This document shows, one piece after another, positions 59,986 through 64,000 of a stretch of DNA of 64,000 bases (position 1 is the first letter of the stretch; each line of letters begins with the position of its first letter). This DNA is from an uncultured bacterium (GTDB lineage Bacteria > Patescibacteriota > Patescibacteriia > CAIQCM01), in NCBI GenBank assembly GCA_963708045.1, contig OY970181.1, positions 195,740-259,739 on the forward strand, given 5' to 3'. The notes beneath the pieces are model-generated. The model was not told the DNA's origin and ran no database searches. It saw only the letters and a list, made by a program, of their open reading frames with translations. The position numbers and the translations under genes were made by a program.

Positions 59986-61980
59986 ATGAATTCAACACTC
60001 ATTTTCGCACTCGTGACCGGAGTCATCGCTGTTATCTACGGCGCGGTTCTTATTAAACTGATAATGAAAATTGCCGTCCCCGAAGGAAAGGGACGGGGAA
60101 TTGCTTTGGCAATTGAAGAAGGCGCCAAAGCCTATCTCGGTCGCCAGTCTAAAATGATCGGCATCATCGGCGCGGTCGTTTTCTTAATCTTGCTTTTTGC
60201 TTTGGGTTGGAAAGTCGCTGTCGGTTTCGCAATCGGCGCGATTCTTTCCGGACTCGCCGGTTACATTGGAATGCTTGTTTCCACCAAAGCCAATATCCGC
60301 ACGGCCGAGTCGGCCAGAATTGGTTTGGCGAAAGCGCTTGAAACCGCGGTTCGCGGCGGCACGGTTACCGGGATGCTCGTTGTTGGTTTTGGTATTATCG
60401 GTGTTGCCGGTTACTACATGATCACGCGCGATCTTTCGTCGCTTGTTGGTTTGGCTTTTGGCGGATCGCTTATTTCTGTTTTCGCTCGTCTTGGTGGCGG
60501 CATCTTTACCAAAGCCGCCGACGTTGGTGCCGACCTTGTTGGAAAAGTTGAAAAAGGAATCCCCGAAGACGACCCACGAAATCCGGCCGTGATTGCGGAT
60601 AACGTTGGCGATATGGTGGGCGACGACGCTGGAATGGCCGCTGATCTTTTTGAAACTTATGCCGTCACAACCATTGCCGCGATGTTGCTTGCTAACCTCG
60701 CTTTTAACGGCAACGAGCGCGCCATTGTTTTCCCATTACTACTTGGCGGCGTTTCTATTATCGCTTCTATCATCGGTTCGTTCGCGATTCGCCTTGGCGC
60801 AAGCAAAAATATTATGGGCGCGCTTTACAAAGGACTGGTGGCCGCGGGCGTTCTTGCTTTCCTTGCTTTCTGGGTAATCATTCCACGCTTCCTTTCGGGC
60901 GTCGTAGACAAACCGCTTAATATTTTCTGGTCAGCGGCAATCGGTCTTGCGGTGACTGGCATTATTGTCGTCATCACCGATTACTACACTTCAACAAAAT
61001 ATTCTCCGGTAAAAGAAATTGCCAAGTCGTCAACCACTGGTCACGGCACCAACATCATTCAGGGTTTGGCCGTTTCTATGAAATCAACCGCCGCGCCGGT
61101 TGTCGTCATTGTCGCCGCGATTCTTGGCTCGTATTTCTTAGCCGGACTTTTCGGCATCGCGATTGCCGCTGTTGCCATGCTTTCTATGACTGGCATTATT
61201 GTCGCCATTGACGCCTATGGCCCAATCACCGACAACGCCGGCGGCATTGCCGAAATGTCGGGAATGCCCGAAGAGGTTCGCGCCATTACCGATCCTTTGG
61301 ACGCCGTTGGCAACACAACCAAAGCTGTTACCAAGGGCTATGCCATTGGCTCGGCCGCGCTTGCTTCGCTCGTTCTCTTTGCTTCATACACGCAAGAATT
61401 TGTTGCCAAGGGAATCAAAGTTGATTTCTCGCTAACCGATCCAATGCTTATGGCCGGACTTTTTCTCGGCGGCTTGCTCCCTTATCTTTTTGGCGCGCGC
61501 GCCATGGAGGCTGTCGGCAAAACTGCCGGCCGCGTTGTTGAAGAAGTTCGCCGCCAATTTAAAGAGATCCCGGGCATTATGGAAGGAACGGCCAAGCCCG
61601 ATTACGCTCGTTGCGTTGACGTTGTGACCAAAGGCGCGATTGAACAAATGATTGTCCCGGCGCTAATTCCGGTTGTCGCACCGATTGTCGTTGGTTTGGT
61701 TCTTGGTCGCGTCGCCCTTGGCGGATTACTCATTGGTTCAATTGTTACCGGCGTTTTCGTTGCCATCTCAATGACAACCGGCGGCGCCGCTTGGGACAAT
61801 GCCAAGAAATATATTGAAGCGGGAAACTACGGCGGCAAGGGTTCGTTTGCCCACCAAGCCGCAGTCACGGGCGACACCGTTGGCGATCCTTACAAAGACA
61901 CCGCTGGCCCGGCGATCAACCCGATGATCAAAATTTTGAACATCGTCGCCCTTCTCTTGGTCACCCTACTCGTCAGATAA
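59986..61980 (+). CDS. hppA: Membrane-bound ion-translocating pyrophosphatase (K+-independent H+-PPase type)
   Basis: [30 protein letters not shown]; GNTTKA has Lys at the K+-determinant position. Confidence 0.93.
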   Translation: MNSTLIFALVTGVIAVIYGAVLIKLIMKIAVPEGKGRGIALAIEEGAKAYLGRQSKMIGIIGAVVFLILLFALGWKVAVGFAIGAILSGLAGYIGMLVSTKANIRTAESARIGLAKALETAVRGGTVTGMLVVGFGIIGVAGYYMITRDLSSLVGLAFGGSLISVFARLGGGIFTKAADVGADLVGKVEKGIPEDDPRNPAVIADNVGDMVGDDAGMAADLFETYAVTTIAAMLLANLAFNGNERAIVFPLLLGGVSIIASIIGSFAIRLGASKNIMGALYKGLVAAGVLAFLAFWVIIPRFLSGVVDKPLNIFWSAAIGLAVTGIIVVITDYYTSTKYSPVKEIAKSSTTGHGTNIIQGLAVSMKSTAAPVVVIVAAILGSYFLAGLFGIAIAAVAMLSMTGIIVAIDAYGPITDNAGGIAEMSGMPEEVRAITDPLDAVGNTTKAVTKGYAIGSAALASLVLFASYTQEFVAKGIKVDFSLTDPMLMAGLFLGGLLPYLFGARAMEAVGKTAGRVVEEVRRQFKEIPGIMEGTAKPDYARCVDVVTKGAIEQMIVPALIPVVAPIVVGLVLGRVALGGLLIGSIVTGVFVAISMTTGGAAWDNAKKYIEAGNYGGKGSFAHQAAVTGDTVGDPYKDTAGPAINPMIKILNIVALLLVTLLVR

Positions 61981-62094
61981 ACTAATATTTGATATTTAAA
62001 AAGACTCCGCGCGGAGTCTTTTTAAATATCAAAAAAACGGCCAGGCGAACCCAACCGTTTTATTGTGACAGTATTTGCCACTAGAGAAATCTAA

Positions 62095-62565
62095 CTATTT
62101 TTCCATCGCGGCGACACCTCTTAGCATCTTTGCTAAAAGACCCGCCAGGTCTGTTACGGTGTGTTCGTTGTGGCCGCGATGGTCGCTTCCTTGACTTTTT
62201 TCACACCCACCCATTTCAATATCTAAAAAAGTGTGCACGGCCAGAACAAACCACGGCGGCGCTTCGCTGTTACAGTGTGAAACAATCTTCCAGCCTCCCT
62301 GGCTTTTGTCACAAAGAATCTTGTTGTCATTGGACAAATCAATCCTTATGAGAACTATGGCACTGCACGAAACGGTTGCCTTAGAACCGACAAAAATTTT
62401 ACCATTGCCACAGTCAACCGACTTAAGCTCGGCCATTGAAAAAGAACCCGTTTGATAAACTATCGGCTGAGAAAGACCGATACCGGCACTTGTCAAAACT
62501 TTAACAATTGGCAAGAGGTCAGGTACCGCCGCCATTAGTTCTTCGAGCGAATTGAATGTACTCAT
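62095..62565 (-). CDS. Hypothetical protein
   Basis: ORF with AGGAGG SD before ATG 62565. Confidence 0.55.
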   Translation of the reverse strand: MSTFNSLEELMAAVPDLLPIVKVLTSAGIGLSQPIVYQTGSFSMAELKSVDCGNGKIFVGSKATVSCSAIVLIRIDLSNDNKILCDKSQGGWKIVSHCNSEAPPWFVLAVHTFLDIEMGGCEKSQGSDHRGHNEHTVTDLAGLLAKMLRGVAAMEK

Positions 62566-62707
62566 CGTTCCCTCCTGGCCAAACCCTACCAAAACTCCGT
62601 TCTTGACGCAAATTGAAAAAATGGGTAATATCCATTGACTTATTCAAGCTGTTTTTTGCGGCAAAAAAATTATTCTGTCGCAAAAAATAAACACCTAAAT
62701 TATAAAT

Positions 62708-63988
62708 ATGAACGTCTCCACAAAAAATTTACCAAAGTCCGAAATAGAAATCACGATTGAACTTTCCGCCGAGGAAATGAAACCGTATTTGGAAAAGGCC
62801 GCCGTGCGCCTGAGTACCGATCACGCGATTGAAGGCTTCCGCCCGGGTAAAGCGCCAGCGGACGTGATTGCAAAAAAATTTGGCGACAATGTTTTAATGG
62901 AAGCGGCGGCTGAAGAAGCCGTGCGCGCGACTTATGTTAAAACCGTTGTTGACCAAAAACTTAACACCGTCGGTACGCCAGCGGTGGCCGTAAAAAAGCT
63001 GGCCAAAGACAATCCTTTTATTTTCACCGCCACCGTGCCATTGCTTCCCGAGGTTAAATTGCCGGACATTGCTTCGCTTTCCGTCGCGAAAAAAGAAGTT
63101 AAAGTTGCCGACGCCGACCTTAATCGCGCCAAAGCCGACCTCCGTGAAATGCGTGCTAAAGAAACGGTGGTTGTGCGCGAAGCAAAAAAATCCGACAAGG
63201 TTGTTGTGGATATGGATATGAAACTGGACGGCGTGCCGCTGGAAGGCGGCCAAGCAAAAAACCATTCGGTTTACACTGCCGAGGAACATTACATTCCTGG
63301 TTTTTCCGACGAACTCATCGGCCTTAAAAAGGGCGACACAAAAAATTTCACTTTAACTTTTCCAAAAGAACACTTTCAAAAACACATTGCCGGCAAGCCA
63401 GTTGAATTTTCGGTTAAGGTGAACGACGTTTTTGAACGCCAGCTTCCGGAATGGGGGGACGAGCTCGCGCTTGGCTTTGGACAAAAAACTGTTGCTGATT
63501 TGGATAAAATTTTGAACGATAATTTGCTCCACGAAGCACAGAGCAAAGAAAACCAGCGCCAAGAAATCGCCGCCATTCTTGAAATCGTACAGAAAACAAA
63601 ATTTGGCGATATTCCTGAACTGCTTGTTAACGAAGAAATCGGGAAAATGGTTCACGAACTTCAGCACGGTTTGGAAGAACGGGGAATGAATTGGAAAGAA
63701 TATTTGGAAAAAGCCGGCAAGAGCGAAAATCAAATCAAGTTAGACTTTGCCGTGCAAGCGCTTGAGCGAATCAAGTCGGCGCTTGTCGTTCGCGCCATTG
63801 CCGAAGCCAATAATATTGATGCCTCGCCCGAAGAAGTTGCCGCCGAGGTTGAGCGCGAAATGAATTTAAACGTTGACGACGCTAAGGCACAAGAACAGAT
63901 TCGCTCGCTTGAATACGCTGAGCGTGTGCAGTTTGTTTTAAAGAACCGCAAGGTTATCGCCTTTATTAAGGAAAAGATGGTAAAGTAG
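62708..63988 (+). CDS. tig: Trigger factor
   Basis: GFRPGKAP ribosome-binding motif; FKBP-like YIPGF; C-terminal chaperone domain. Confidence 0.96.
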   Translation: MNVSTKNLPKSEIEITIELSAEEMKPYLEKAAVRLSTDHAIEGFRPGKAPADVIAKKFGDNVLMEAAAEEAVRATYVKTVVDQKLNTVGTPAVAVKKLAKDNPFIFTATVPLLPEVKLPDIASLSVAKKEVKVADADLNRAKADLREMRAKETVVVREAKKSDKVVVDMDMKLDGVPLEGGQAKNHSVYTAEEHYIPGFSDELIGLKKGDTKNFTLTFPKEHFQKHIAGKPVEFSVKVNDVFERQLPEWGDELALGFGQKTVADLDKILNDNLLHEAQSKENQRQEIAAILEIVQKTKFGDIPELLVNEEIGKMVHELQHGLEERGMNWKEYLEKAGKSENQIKLDFAVQALERIKSALVVRAIAEANNIDASPEEVAAEVEREMNLNVDDAKAQEQIRSLEYAERVQFVLKNRKVIAFIKEKMVK

Positions 63989-64000
63989 CTATATAAAACA

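Overview
This window is 64 kb of a bacterial chromosome, most consistent with Patescibacteria/CPR: core genes mostly lack Shine-Dalgarno sites, and it has a pilin trio, a giant surface fibre protein, a cohesin/dockerin pair and an rpsO-NYN-pnp order. Housekeeping genes (rpsF-ssb-rpsR, ychF, rpsT, holA, polA, PBP1A, rpsO, pnp, lspA, comM, hppA, tig) alternate with solitary orphan genes. There are four tRNAs, each next to a free-standing nuclease-like gene, two IS481-family copies and several palindromic repeat families. The standout locus is 9170-10720: a 5' tRNA-Ala pseudo-copy, then a GIY-YIG nuclease whose stop codon lies inside an intact tRNA-Ala(GGC), then 12 tandem 94-bp units. Each unit is a 3' tRNA-Ala fragment whose anticodon arm is replaced by an 18-bp palindrome found in both orientations, followed by a terminator hairpin. 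All calls come from reading the sequence; no database searches were run.
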